From Roseibacillus sp. (GTDB taxonomy: Bacteria > Verrucomicrobiota > Verrucomicrobiia > Verrucomicrobiales > Akkermansiaceae), in the NCBI GenBank assembly GCA_965242925.1, contig CBDEUM010000022.1, forward strand, positions 64,001 to 128,000: a DNA stretch of 64,000 bases, in the 5' to 3' direction. Positions 48,823 through 59,343 of this stretch are shown in pieces; positions within the stretch are counted from its first letter, which is position 1, and every line of letters starts with the position of its first letter. The notes beneath the pieces are model-generated. The model did not search any database. It was not told the origin of the DNA and saw only the letters and a list, made by a program, of their open reading frames with translations. The position numbers and the translations under genes were made by a program.

Positions 48823-49872
48823 ATGATCCGTTTCCTGTTCCTGCTCACGCCGCTGACCGTTGCTCTCTGGGCCGCCGAACCCGCCGTGACTCTGGAGAAC
48901 CACATTCCCCCGGAGGCCAACACCGCCACGGAATCGCTCCGCAAGGAATTCTCCTACGAATCCGCCGCTCGCGCTGCCGACCACGCCGCAATGGACTGGC
49001 AGGAGTCCCACAGTTGCATCACCTGCCACACCAACGGGTTTTACCTCGTGGGGCGGGCAGCCCCCGGCACCAGGGCCCCGGCCTACCTTGAGGCACGGAA
49101 GTTCGCCCGGGGATTCCTCGCTCCGCACGTCGACCCGGATGGCTCGAAGCCCAAGCGCCGGACCCCTGGTACCGAAGCAATGGTCGCTACCACCGCCTTT
49201 CTTGCCATCAGCGACATGAAAACTGACGGCAAGCTGGCAAAGCCCACCAGGCAAGCCCTCGACTACATCTGGGGACAACAGGCAGAGTCCGGAGCGTGGG
49301 AACGGTGGGCCAAGTGCAATTGGGGACCCTACGAATCAGATGATCACTTCGGAGTGTCCCTCGTTGCCCTCGCCATGGGCGTGGCAAACGGGGACGAATA
49401 CCTGGAATCGCCGGCAGCGAGGGAGGGAAACCGTCGCCTGAAGAAATTCCTCCGCGAGCATCCGCCCGTTTCGCTCCACCAGAAAGGCATGCTCCTGTGG
49501 GCGGCAGGCTATCGCGATGACCTCACCGACAAAATGACGGTAAAGAAGTGGCAGAAGGAACTCTTCGCCGCCCAGAAGGAGAACGGAGCCTGGGTTCTGC
49601 CCGAGTTGGGGGACCAGCACTGGAAGCGTTCGGACGGCAAGAAGCAGTCTGCTGAGACCGATGCCTATGCAACCGCCTTCGCCATCCACGTCCTCGCGCA
49701 GTCCGGAGTCCTCGACGACGACCCGCGCCTCACCAAGGCCCGTCAATGGCTGAAGTCGCAGCAGCGTGCGAGCGGTCGCTGGTACACCCGCTCACCCCGC
49801 AGGGACAACAAACACTACATCTCCAACGCTGCCACCAGTTTTGCCCTTCTGGCCCTGCAACCGCAGGAATAG
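48823..49872 (+). CDS. Secreted prenyltransferase / squalene-hopene cyclase-like alpha/alpha barrel protein
   Basis: QW-like repeats QQAESGAW, AQKENGAW and QQRASGRW; DAYATAFA; N-terminal CITCH; signal peptide. Confidence 0.72.
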   Translation: MIRFLFLLTPLTVALWAAEPAVTLENHIPPEANTATESLRKEFSYESAARAADHAAMDWQESHSCITCHTNGFYLVGRAAPGTRAPAYLEARKFARGFLAPHVDPDGSKPKRRTPGTEAMVATTAFLAISDMKTDGKLAKPTRQALDYIWGQQAESGAWERWAKCNWGPYESDDHFGVSLVALAMGVANGDEYLESPAAREGNRRLKKFLREHPPVSLHQKGMLLWAAGYRDDLTDKMTVKKWQKELFAAQKENGAWVLPELGDQHWKRSDGKKQSAETDAYATAFAIHVLAQSGVLDDDPRLTKARQWLKSQQRASGRWYTRSPRRDNKHYISNAATSFALLALQPQE

Positions 49873-49906
49873 TTTCCAGGAGCATGCTTCATCCGCACGG
49901 GCGGAC

Positions 49907-51268
49907 CTAGGCCAGGATCTCCCGCACCACCCGACCGTATACATCGGTGAGTCGAAAGTCCCGCCCCGCATAGCGGTAGGTGAGTCGTTCGTGGTCAAGG
50001 CCCAGAAGATGCAGGATCGTGGCATGGAGGTCGTGCACGTGCACTTTGTCCTCTACCGCGCGAAATCCAAACTCGTCCGTCTCGCCATGGGTCATGCCGC
50101 CGCGCACCCCGCCTCCTGCCAGAAACATGCTGAATCCGTAGTGATTGTGATCACGGCCATTCCCGTTCTCTGAAACCGGCGTGCGTCCAAACTCTCCGCC
50201 CCAGATCACGAGAGTATCTTCCAGCAGTCCTCGCCGCTTCAGGTCGGTGAGAAGGGCTGCAATGGGCCGGTCGATGTTCCGACAGTGCTTCTTCCCCAGT
50301 TCATTATGATTGCGATGAGTGTCCCAGGGCTGACCGTCGCCGTAATAAACCTGCGTGAAGCGCACCCCTCGCTCTGCCAGCCGCCGGGCCAGAAGGCAAC
50401 CATTGGCAAAGTGCCCCTCGCCATACTCTTCCCGCACGGATTCGGATTCGCGGCTCAGATCAAAGGCTTCGCTGGCCTCAAACTGCATGCGAAAGGCCGT
50501 TTCCATGGAAGCCAGGCGGGCTTCCAATGCGGCATCGGGCCCCCGCCCTGCCAGATGCCTTTGATTGAGCTTCCTCATCAATGCCAGTTGCCGCAACTGC
50601 GCTTCTGGTCCCAGATGAGCATTGTTCAGGTTGGGAATCATCCCGTGCGGATCGAGCTTTGAGTGATTGACATAGGTTCCCTGGTACTGCGCCGGCAGAA
50701 AGGCACTGTTCCACAGGACCGAGAAGCGCACCGGCCTTCCCGGACATAGCACGACGTAACCCGGCAGATTGGCATTTTCCGTGCCCAGCCCGTAAAGCGT
50801 CCAGGCCCCCATGCTCGGAACGGTCGGAGTGATGGTTCCGTTATTCATCATGAGGAGGGCCGGGCCATGATTGGGGTTGTCCGAGTGAAGGGAGCGCAGC
50901 ACACAGATGTCGTCGATAACCTTGCCCACCCGCGGCAGAAGTTCGCTCACCGGCACACCACTCTGTCCCTGCGGAGTAAACTTGAAGGGCGAAGGCATGA
51001 TCCCTGCCGTCTTGCGCTCGGTGCGTAATTCAACCTCCCTGGGCCGGTCACCCGCATGCCTGGTGAGAACCGGCTTGGGGTCAAAGAGATCACCCTGGTA
51101 GGGGCCCCCGTTCATGAAAAGCTGTATGACCCGCTTAGCGCGCGCTCCATTATGTGGCTGTGCACTCGACGCAGATCCCAGCAGGCTGGCCAATCCAACC
51201 GCTCCCAGGCCACCACCGGTCTTCTGCAGCCAGCGGCGTCGCGAAAGATTCTGGAGAGACTCATTCAT
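49907..51268 (-). CDS. DUF1501 family protein with Tat signal
   Basis: SRRRWL, AKRVIQLFMNGGP, LLARRLAERGVRF, WDTH, GEFGRTP, GRDH and HVHDLHAT motifs. Confidence 0.92.
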   Translation of the reverse strand: MNESLQNLSRRRWLQKTGGGLGAVGLASLLGSASSAQPHNGARAKRVIQLFMNGGPYQGDLFDPKPVLTRHAGDRPREVELRTERKTAGIMPSPFKFTPQGQSGVPVSELLPRVGKVIDDICVLRSLHSDNPNHGPALLMMNNGTITPTVPSMGAWTLYGLGTENANLPGYVVLCPGRPVRFSVLWNSAFLPAQYQGTYVNHSKLDPHGMIPNLNNAHLGPEAQLRQLALMRKLNQRHLAGRGPDAALEARLASMETAFRMQFEASEAFDLSRESESVREEYGEGHFANGCLLARRLAERGVRFTQVYYGDGQPWDTHRNHNELGKKHCRNIDRPIAALLTDLKRRGLLEDTLVIWGGEFGRTPVSENGNGRDHNHYGFSMFLAGGGVRGGMTHGETDEFGFRAVEDKVHVHDLHATILHLLGLDHERLTYRYAGRDFRLTDVYGRVVREILA

Positions 51269-51271
51269 GAC

Positions 51272-53302
51272 CTAATCGACGAAGAGGAACTCGTTACTTC
51301 CGAACAAAGCCTGAGCATAGCGCTGCCAATTCTCATGATCCGAGGCCTCCTCCCCAGCAAGAAACGACCGAGCCATGGCGATCTCATCCTTCGTGACCGG
51401 ACGACCATATAGCAATTTGTATGCGAGTCCGATGCGGGACTCCTCACTCTCCGGCGCCTCACGATAAAGCCGTGCCGTCAACGCCTCCGCCTGCCGCCGG
51501 AAGAACTCCCCATTCAGCACGAATAACTGCTGCAGAGGCGTAATGGTTTTTTCGCGCACCGGGCTGTGCGAACCGGGATCGGGAAAGTCGTACATCTGTA
51601 ACACCGGTTCGAGGTCACGACGGTCGATCCGGCCGTAGATCGTACGCCGACAATTGTCCGCCCTGGACAGATCCAGAGGCGCCCCGCCCACCTCCAGAAC
51701 GAGCTGCCCCGTCACCTCCAGCATGGCATCACGCCAGGCCTCTACTTCCAGACGTCGTCGATTCATGCGCCAGAGCCACTTGTTGTCCGGGTCCCGGAGG
51801 GCCATCTCCGATCGATGGTCGACACTCTGCCGGTAGGTGGCCGAGGTCACAATCTCGCGGTGGAGCCATTTCAGAGACCATCCCTCCTCGATGAAGCGCG
51901 CGGCGAGATCATCAAGAAGTCCGGGATGGGACGGCCGTTCTCCCTGGGCTCCGAAATCGCTGGGCGTAGTCACCAACCCCCGCCCGAAGTGTTGCAGCCA
52001 GACACGATTCACCATCACACGGGCGCTCAGGGAAGCTCCCTCGTCAAAAATGCAGTTCGCCAACTCAAGCCGACCACTTCCCTGTGAGAAAGCCCTGGGC
52101 TCGCCCCGGGAAAGAACGCGTAGAAACCGCCGCTTCACCACCGGCCCCAGGTTTCCCGGATTTCCACGGATTTGCAACCGGAGGTCCCGGGGCACACCCG
52201 GTTTGTAGTCGAGTTTGGTTCCGAAGTCCTCCTTGGCCACCACGTGGATACTCGACTCGATGACAGCCGGGACGAGGTGATCGTAGTCGGGGGTCGATTC
52301 CTTCAGGTGGCGGATCTTCTCCTCGATCCTGCCGAGCTGTTCATCGCGATCGGGCGGGGGAGATTTCGCATCTCTCAGGCCCTTGGTCTCCTTAACGAAC
52401 TTCTCGATCTCCTTGCGTGCCTTATCAGCAACCTTCGCCCGCTCTTCAGGAATACTCGCCCGGTCGGAGCGCCGCACACTTGCGAACACTCCTGCCAGGG
52501 CGTAATAGTCGCGACTGTCGATCGGATCGAACTTATGATCGTGACAACGGGCACAGGAGATCGTCAGACCCAGAAAGGTTCGCCCCACTGCATCGATACG
52601 CTCCTCCCACTCTTCCGCCACAATCATGCGGATAACCTGTGGGGCAAGCAGCAGTTCCTTGTGATACACCGGACTGATTCCGAGAAAGCCCAGGGCCGGC
52701 ATATCCTCCAACCCTGTTTCGTCCATGAGATCAGTAGCCAGCTGCCGCTTCGCAAACTGGTCGTAGGGCATATCCCCGTTCAGGGCCCGCACGACCCAGT
52801 CGCGATAGTGGTAAGGACTACCGTGCGTAACAACCCACCGCTCCCGGACATCGGCGTAGCGGGCCACGTCAAGCCACGCTCTTCCCCAACGCTCTCCGTA
52901 GTGCGGGGAGGCCAGAAGGCGATCCACCAGTCTCGAATAGGCCTCCGGAGATTGATCGCCGAGAAAGGACTCCACCTCATCCGGCGAGGGCGGCAGACCA
53001 ATCAGGTCATAGCTTAACCTGCGAATGAGAACGCGGCGATCCGCAGCCGGGGAAGGCTGCAATCCCTCCGCTCTCATCCGGGCCTGAACAAAGCGGTCGA
53101 CACGGTTTTTCACCCAGTCGTCCGGCACAGGCGGCAGCTCCAACTTCTTCACGGGCTGGAACGACCAGAATTTCCGCCCCTTCTCAAAGTCAATGGACCC
53201 GACACTCGATTCCTCCTCCGAAAAAACCGGAACGGTGGCCCAGACGGACACAACCACTGACGCCATTACGGTCATCACAGTCTTTTGAGCGAGAATTGGC
53301 AT
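51272..53302 (-). CDS. DUF1549/DUF1553 (PSCyt2/PSD1) domain protein
   Basis: WSFQP, LIRRLSYDLIGLPP, YGERWGRAWLDVARY, CARCHDHKFDP, RVMVNRVW, PSHPGLLD and SNEFLFVD motifs; start uncertain. Confidence 0.9.
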   Translation of the reverse strand: MPILAQKTVMTVMASVVVSVWATVPVFSEEESSVGSIDFEKGRKFWSFQPVKKLELPPVPDDWVKNRVDRFVQARMRAEGLQPSPAADRRVLIRRLSYDLIGLPPSPDEVESFLGDQSPEAYSRLVDRLLASPHYGERWGRAWLDVARYADVRERWVVTHGSPYHYRDWVVRALNGDMPYDQFAKRQLATDLMDETGLEDMPALGFLGISPVYHKELLLAPQVIRMIVAEEWEERIDAVGRTFLGLTISCARCHDHKFDPIDSRDYYALAGVFASVRRSDRASIPEERAKVADKARKEIEKFVKETKGLRDAKSPPPDRDEQLGRIEEKIRHLKESTPDYDHLVPAVIESSIHVVAKEDFGTKLDYKPGVPRDLRLQIRGNPGNLGPVVKRRFLRVLSRGEPRAFSQGSGRLELANCIFDEGASLSARVMVNRVWLQHFGRGLVTTPSDFGAQGERPSHPGLLDDLAARFIEEGWSLKWLHREIVTSATYRQSVDHRSEMALRDPDNKWLWRMNRRRLEVEAWRDAMLEVTGQLVLEVGGAPLDLSRADNCRRTIYGRIDRRDLEPVLQMYDFPDPGSHSPVREKTITPLQQLFVLNGEFFRRQAEALTARLYREAPESEESRIGLAYKLLYGRPVTKDEIAMARSFLAGEEASDHENWQRYAQALFGSNEFLFVD

Positions 53303-53568
53303 TGGAAAGGAGGCGCCAAGGCAAAATGCCAGACCACCGCCATGGGTGCAAGGATCCCGCTCCGGCGTTGGTATTTCCAATCGGCCTCTCCTCCCATTTG
53401 CGTTCTCCATAAAATACTGTCTTTAAGATGCTTGTGTAGAATGAAAATCGTCCGCGCACCTCCCCTGCCTCTCCGATTCAGGGTTGGCAGACAAAAATCC
53501 ATGCCTAGACTCCCCTCCCCCACCTTCCGGAACCGATGAGCCGGTCATCTCGCACGGGAGAAGGCAAT

Positions 53569-54681
53569 ATGAAAGCAGTAGGCGTCACTCCCGATCAGAA
53601 AGAAGTTGGAATCATCGACCACTCGGCTCCCGAACTTCAGCAAGATGACGAGGTCAAAATCCGCACCCTTGATGTTGGCATCTGCGGTACGGACCGCGAA
53701 ATCTGCACCTTCGTTTACGGAGATCCTCCGGCGGGCTCCAACTATCTCGTCCTTGGGCACGAAGCGATGGGCGAAGTCGTGGAGGTAGGCTCTGAAGTAG
53801 AACACCTCAAGGTCGGGGATTTCGTGGTTCCCTCCGTGCGCCGTCCCTGCAGCGATGAGAACTGCCTGCCCTGCCGGGAAGATCTGCAGGATTTCTGTTC
53901 GACGGGCGCCTATGTCGAGCGTGGCATCAAGGAATGCCACGGATTCATGACTGAGTCATTCGTGGAGCGGGAAAGATTTCTCACCCATGTACCCCCCGAA
54001 CTCAGGAATCTCGCGGTCCTGATGGAGCCCCTCACCATCGCGGAAAAGGGCCTCGCTCAGGCCTGGGATGCACAGAGCCGTCTCCCATGGGTGCGGCATC
54101 ATGCCAACGGCAAACCCACCGGAAAGGGTCTCAATGCCGTCATTCTCGGGGCCGGGCCGATCGGAATTCTCGGAGCCATGACGATGAAAGCTGCTGGCTT
54201 TGAAACCTATGTCTACAACCGCTCTCCTCTCCCCAATCCCAAGGCCGAGATCGTAGAGGCCATCGGCGCGAAGTACATCTCCTCGAATGATGTGGCCTTC
54301 AGGGATCTTCCCGGCCTGATCGGTTCCATCGATCTGGTCTACGAGGCCATTGGCATTTCCTCGGTAGCCTTCGAGGTATTGAGTATCCTTGGAGTCAATG
54401 GGGTTTACATCTTTACCGGTATCCCGGCACCTGGAGATTCCATTCCAGTCGATGCCAATCAACTGATGCGCAGCGTCGTGCTGGGAAACCAGGCCGTGAT
54501 TGGAACAGTCAATGCCGACGACGCCTCCTTCAAGGCCGCAATCAAAGATCTCGCCTACTTCAAGAAGCATTGGCCCGAGGCAATCGAGGCCGTCATTACC
54601 AAGCGTTATGCCATCGATTCCTGTCGCGAACTTCTTCTCGACCGGGCTACCGGGATCAAGAACGTCATTTCGTTCGACTAA
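53569..54681 (+). CDS. Zn-dependent glucose 1-dehydrogenase-like MDR oxidoreductase
   Basis: GICGTD, LGHE, four-Cys structural Zn site, LMEPL, GAGPIG and GTVNA; GGAGAAGG RBS before ATG 53569. Confidence 0.88.
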   Translation: MKAVGVTPDQKEVGIIDHSAPELQQDDEVKIRTLDVGICGTDREICTFVYGDPPAGSNYLVLGHEAMGEVVEVGSEVEHLKVGDFVVPSVRRPCSDENCLPCREDLQDFCSTGAYVERGIKECHGFMTESFVERERFLTHVPPELRNLAVLMEPLTIAEKGLAQAWDAQSRLPWVRHHANGKPTGKGLNAVILGAGPIGILGAMTMKAAGFETYVYNRSPLPNPKAEIVEAIGAKYISSNDVAFRDLPGLIGSIDLVYEAIGISSVAFEVLSILGVNGVYIFTGIPAPGDSIPVDANQLMRSVVLGNQAVIGTVNADDASFKAAIKDLAYFKKHWPEAIEAVITKRYAIDSCRELLLDRATGIKNVISFD

Positions 54682-57099
54682 CGCAACGACCGCAACTGTT
54701 CTCCCGCCGGTGCATTTTCGATATAGCTGATCAGAGAACCAATCTCCTCAATATGCGGAGCGAGGAGCTTCTTCTCCCGATGCTCCCGGAGTTGGATCTC
54801 TACTTCACGTAACCGGGGCAGGAGCGGCTTGGCAGCGCCACCGTAGTTGCGGAGAATCCTGAGGCAACGCATTACACGGTTGCGCTTGCCCCAGGAATTG
54901 AGATCCAGGATGTCCAGAGAGAGCGCCATTCCTTCCTCTATCCGGTGCCGGGCCAGAAGGTCCAGGCCTTCCAGCCGGATCCCGTTTGAAAACATCACCC
55001 CGCTTGGCGCGCGTTCCACGATGGCCTTGTGAACTGCCGGGAGAAAGGGCTTCACCTCCTCGTAGCTGAGCTGGCGATAAAGAGAACCCACCGCTGCCCG
55101 GGCCCGGGCATCCGGATTGTCCAGGAGCTTCTCGACCGCAGGCCGTAGTTCTCCAAGATCAACTCCTTCCGTCGAGTGCGCCAGGAGCCCTTCCATCCCG
55201 AGAACCCCTCCCCGACAGAAAAGGCAGAAGGCCAGGTAGCGCCGGGTCATATCACGGACATCGGCCTGATCCTCCCTGGAGATCATCTTAACGAAGTCCG
55301 GAACAACCTCAACCACCGGTGCTCCAATAGCAGCCAGCGCCTGCGCAGCCTGGATCCGCAACCAGAGATCCTCACTCCACAGCAGATCCCGCAAGGGATC
55401 GAGCAGCCGGCAAACCACGTTCGCCGAGAGCGGCGATCGCCTGGCAGGCCCCATAGCGCGACTCGTATTCCACCGCGTCAAGGCGATCAATCAGTCACCT
55501 CCAGAGGCAGGTTCTCGTGCTCGGCCAGAATCTTCGCGGCCCGTCTCACGCACCACCGGCGACCAGCTCTGGAGCGCGCGGAGCAGCTGTCTGGGCGGGA
55601 GCGCCCGATAGGGCGCAAGGCCGTGGTCCCAGGAACTGAAAGCCTCGTCCTGCCATAATGGTTTCGCTGAGTTCCGTTCCCTTCAGGGCATTCTGCGCCT
55701 TTACGCCCCGACCGGTCATGAACAACCGGCCCTCCGGGAGAAGATAGGAGAGCAGAAAGGCGCCAGTGCAATCCCAGCTCGGGTACTTGTGCTCCGCTCC
55801 CGAACTGCCCGCTCCACCCTGGTAAGGAAAGCGGCCATCGTGGCTACGGTTCAGGTCCAGAACCCAGCGTTGCTCCTTTAGATAAGCCGCGACTGCCTCG
55901 GGACCGGCCCGCATGGCCCCCAACGCCCCCCAGAGGTAACTGAAGTAGTTTCCTGTGTGACCCCGCTCGCGTTCACCGTAGGAAGCCACCGTCATTCGCG
56001 AGAAGAACTTTGCTCCCAGCTCGTGGTCCTGAGCATCAAAGAGAAGAGCTGCGATCCCGTTCTTGCCATTGTCGTCGTGAAAGCGTGCCTCAGGATGATG
56101 GTCTCCATAGGGAATCGAGCCTTTTCCAATATAGAACCCGAAGAAGGTATTGCCCCGTTCGATCGCCTCATCGACTACCACCTCCTCCACTCCACACTTC
56201 TTGCCTAGAATGAGCGATAGCTGACAAACCAGTCCCGCCTGGTTGAGCGCACCATATCCACCCAGACGACCATGTTCCCTCCCATCGTTCCACTGGGGCC
56301 AGGCCATGGCATGACCCCAGGTGCCTACCCCGCTTTGACCCTGGGCCAGGCGGATGGTATACTGGTGGATGGCGGGAAGAACCTCTCGATCACCTGTGGC
56401 AAGATAATATTCAGTCAGGAGAAGGTTGGTATAACCCCAGTGCCATGATGCCATGGCGCTGGCCGGAGACATCTCCAGCTGGAGATCGGTCGGAGCCAGG
56501 CGCCGGACGTAGTCTTTCACGATCGGCAGATACTCCTCCTTCCCCGAGGCCAACAACGCCAGGACATTGATCTTGCCATCAACGCCCTCCTTCAAATTGT
56601 TCACGATGTGGATGCACCCAGCCTCTACAATCCTGGCTGACTTCTGGCAGTCCCACGGAGAGCGATCGTGGTAGTTTCCCAGAGTGCGAAGTTGGATCCT
56701 CACGGACTCCGTCTCTCCCCCGCGCCAACGCAGGAGAGCCAGTTTACCCCCCTTTTGAACCGTCTCCGCCGCGGTGACCGCCGCCCCAAAACTCTTGCGC
56801 GCATCGCCCGTAAACAATCTTCCTTCCACTCCCACCACCACATCCCCCTCCTGCAGGATTCCTGCCGCCGGGGAGTTGGGAGCCACGGAGGTGATCAGAA
56901 TCTGCCGGCTATCGGTGGTTTCCAGGTTCCAGCCCCAGATCCATCCCCGCGCCCCGGTAGGTCCCAGGTTCCAGTCGTGGGCCCCATCGGGGCGGTCACC
57001 TTGCGTCAAGTCCGGGACCGGCCCCTTGGCGGCCAAGTCACCCAAGCCCCATCCCACAATGAGGAGGCTAATCAGGATCTGGAAAGATGGGTTTCGCAT
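54678..57099 (-). pseudogene. DUF6288-like protein (PDZ-like, alpha-barrel, HEAT repeats), interrupted by four +1 frameshifts (pseudogene or sequencing error)
   Basis: WNLGPTGARGW, HDDNGKN and GHTGNYFSYLW in 55546-57099; HEAT repeats and APSGVMFSNGIRL in 54678-55490; frame switches near 55640, 55544, 55495 and 55404. Confidence 0.72.
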
Positions 57100-57333
57100 T
57101 CTCTAGAGACGAATCCTTTTATGTCCTACGTTCGTATTAGTGCAAGCGTTTCAAAACCGAACCATAAAAATCAAGTCTTTAACCTTTATTCACAATGAGG
57201 ACAGATCCGGATGGGTCCCAAGCATCAGATAACCAGATATTCATACCATGTGAGATGAATTTCTCCTCAATGGTTACAATCCTCGGTTCGTTCCTCTCGT
57301 GATTCTGCCTCAACTTCGATTAACCTCTTTTTG

Positions 57334-59343
57334 ATGCCACGCTCCACCCTGACCGTTCTGCTTGCGTTGGCGACTGCGCTCCCAAGCGCATTTGCCACCG
57401 AAACGAAGGCACGGTCCCTGGGAGACCGCCTCGCCCGTCTGGTGAGTCCCGGAATACGCCGGATCGACAAACACGTGGCCCGCATCGAACGGACACTCCC
57501 CTCTCTTCCCGCACTCTACAACGGGCCACGGGGATCACGATTTGGGTTCCATAGCGAAACAATAGCCAATCAGGACGAGCCGCACCATTTCCAGATCGAT
57601 CTGGGCGAGTCCCGTCCGCTTGATGCGGTAGTTCTGGTCCCGGTGCTCCTGCCTACCCGTGGGATAGAGGGCGAAGGCTACGGATTTCCCCTGCGCTTCA
57701 AAATAGAAGTCTCCGACTCTGCCGGTTCCGGGTTCCAACCCGTTGCGGATCACACCGATTCCGACTACCAGAACCCGGGACGCTATCCCATCAAGTTCCC
57801 CGCCGAAGGACTGAGCGGACGCTATGTCAGGGTGACTTCCACCAAGCATCTGGCCGCCAAGGAAGGGTTCATCTGGGCCATGGAGGAAATCATGGTCCTC
57901 GCGGGGAACTATAACATCGCCTCCTACAAGCCACGCTCCGCCACCAGCAATCAGGAGCTTTTCCCCAACTGGTCGCTGCAACGGGTCAATGATGGTATCA
58001 GTCGTCTGAGTCATCCCCACAACACCACCCCAAGCCCCTCCAACGGGTTCCTGAGCGCGCCCTCGGAATCGGGGCAGGATCCCAAGTGGATCGTCATCGA
58101 CCTGGGAGAATCCCTTCCTGTTGAAGAAATCCGCATCATTCCAACCTCATCCGAAGATCCTGAAGTAGTTGGAGGACGCGGCTTCCCTGAGGCGCTTGCC
58201 CTGGAGCTCTCCAATGATCCGGATTTCGAAACCACCGTGTGGCGAACGACCAAGTACCGGCATCCTCTGGGCTATCCATGGAACTCCGCTTTCGTTCGTC
58301 CCTGCAACGGTGAGTCAGGGCGATACATCCGAGTCATATCCAACGAACTCTTTGCACGGGGCAACCTCCATAGCCTTGCGATCGCGGAAATCCAGGCCTA
58401 CCTCGGGGGAACCAACGTGGCCCTCTGGCGAGACGTCAAAGTGAGCGACCAGACTTCCAGGAACGACACCGATCGCTGGGCTCCCAAGTATCTGGTAGAT
58501 GGCTGTTCCAGCACCCACAGGATGATCGAAATCCCCGACCACATTGCTCTCATCATCGAACGGGGAATACTGGAGCGCGAGCGGGTGCAACTCCTCCGGC
58601 GACAGGAGGAAGACATCGAGTTTGCTTTGGCCAGCGTGACCACCGGGGCAGGAACTATCAGCGGAGTGGCTCTTTTCGGCTGGATCTGGATGATCTTCCG
58701 CCAGCGGACGGTGCGCTTGAGAGATTCCGAAAAACTACGCAAACAGATTGCCCGGGACCTGCATGACGATATCGGAAGTAACCTCGCAGGCATCGTTCTC
58801 ATCAGCGAGGTTGGGCGCAGCAATCAGGAGGCCAGCACGGAAATCCGTGACGACTTTCGCGAGATCCACGAAACGGCCGAACACACTTCTGACGCCATGC
58901 GTGACATCGTATGGCTCATCCACGCGGGCGAGGCCACCACCCGAGATCTCTTCATGAAGATGCGGGAATCCGTAGGCCTGATTGTCGGTAATCTTGAAAC
59001 GTCGATCCGGTCCAGTCCTCCTTCATTCAAGAGCCGTCCCATCGGCCTGGAGGCCCGACGGCACTTTTTCTTCGCCTTCAAGGAGGCCCTTAACAACGTG
59101 CGGAAGCATGCTCAGGCGACTACCGTCGAGGTCCTTTTCGAATTGACCCCTCATCAGGTGACCTTCGAGGTGGCAGATAACGGCGTCGGGTTTGAACCTG
59201 ACAAAGTAGACCGTTCAGGTCACGGACTGGAAAATTTTCGCCGCCGGGCAGATCGAGTGAATGGACAATGTGAAATCAAGAGTATCCCAAAACAAGGGAC
59301 TACGGTAAGATTCTCTGCACCCTTAAAGTATAAGAACCAATGA
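57334..59343 (+). CDS. Sensor histidine kinase (HisKA_3) with extracytoplasmic discoidin/F5-8 type C-like domains
   Basis: Signal peptide; repeated IDLGES...RYVRV/RYIRV modules; one TM; ARDLHDDIGSNL, EALNNVRKHA, DNGVGF and GHGL motifs. Confidence 0.9.
   Translation: MPRSTLTVLLALATALPSAFATETKARSLGDRLARLVSPGIRRIDKHVARIERTLPSLPALYNGPRGSRFGFHSETIANQDEPHHFQIDLGESRPLDAVVLVPVLLPTRGIEGEGYGFPLRFKIEVSDSAGSGFQPVADHTDSDYQNPGRYPIKFPAEGLSGRYVRVTSTKHLAAKEGFIWAMEEIMVLAGNYNIASYKPRSATSNQELFPNWSLQRVNDGISRLSHPHNTTPSPSNGFLSAPSESGQDPKWIVIDLGESLPVEEIRIIPTSSEDPEVVGGRGFPEALALELSNDPDFETTVWRTTKYRHPLGYPWNSAFVRPCNGESGRYIRVISNELFARGNLHSLAIAEIQAYLGGTNVALWRDVKVSDQTSRNDTDRWAPKYLVDGCSSTHRMIEIPDHIALIIERGILERERVQLLRRQEEDIEFALASVTTGAGTISGVALFGWIWMIFRQRTVRLRDSEKLRKQIARDLHDDIGSNLAGIVLISEVGRSNQEASTEIRDDFREIHETAEHTSDAMRDIVWLIHAGEATTRDLFMKMRESVGLIVGNLETSIRSSPPSFKSRPIGLEARRHFFFAFKEALNNVRKHAQATTVEVLFELTPHQVTFEVADNGVGFEPDKVDRSGHGLENFRRRADRVNGQCEIKSIPKQGTTVRFSAPLKYKNQ

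Noticed and set aside
48799..48823. In-frame TGA between the PQQ-like gene and the cyclase-like gene, as a second readthrough candidate
   Set aside because: The upstream protein ends at a natural propeller terminus, the downstream one has its own ATG and signal peptide, and I see no SECIS-like hairpin.
51268..51274. In-frame TAG between the DUF1553 and DUF1501 genes
   Set aside because: This is the usual tight two-gene arrangement. DUF1553 ends in its typical NEFLFVD and DUF1501 starts with its own Tat signal.
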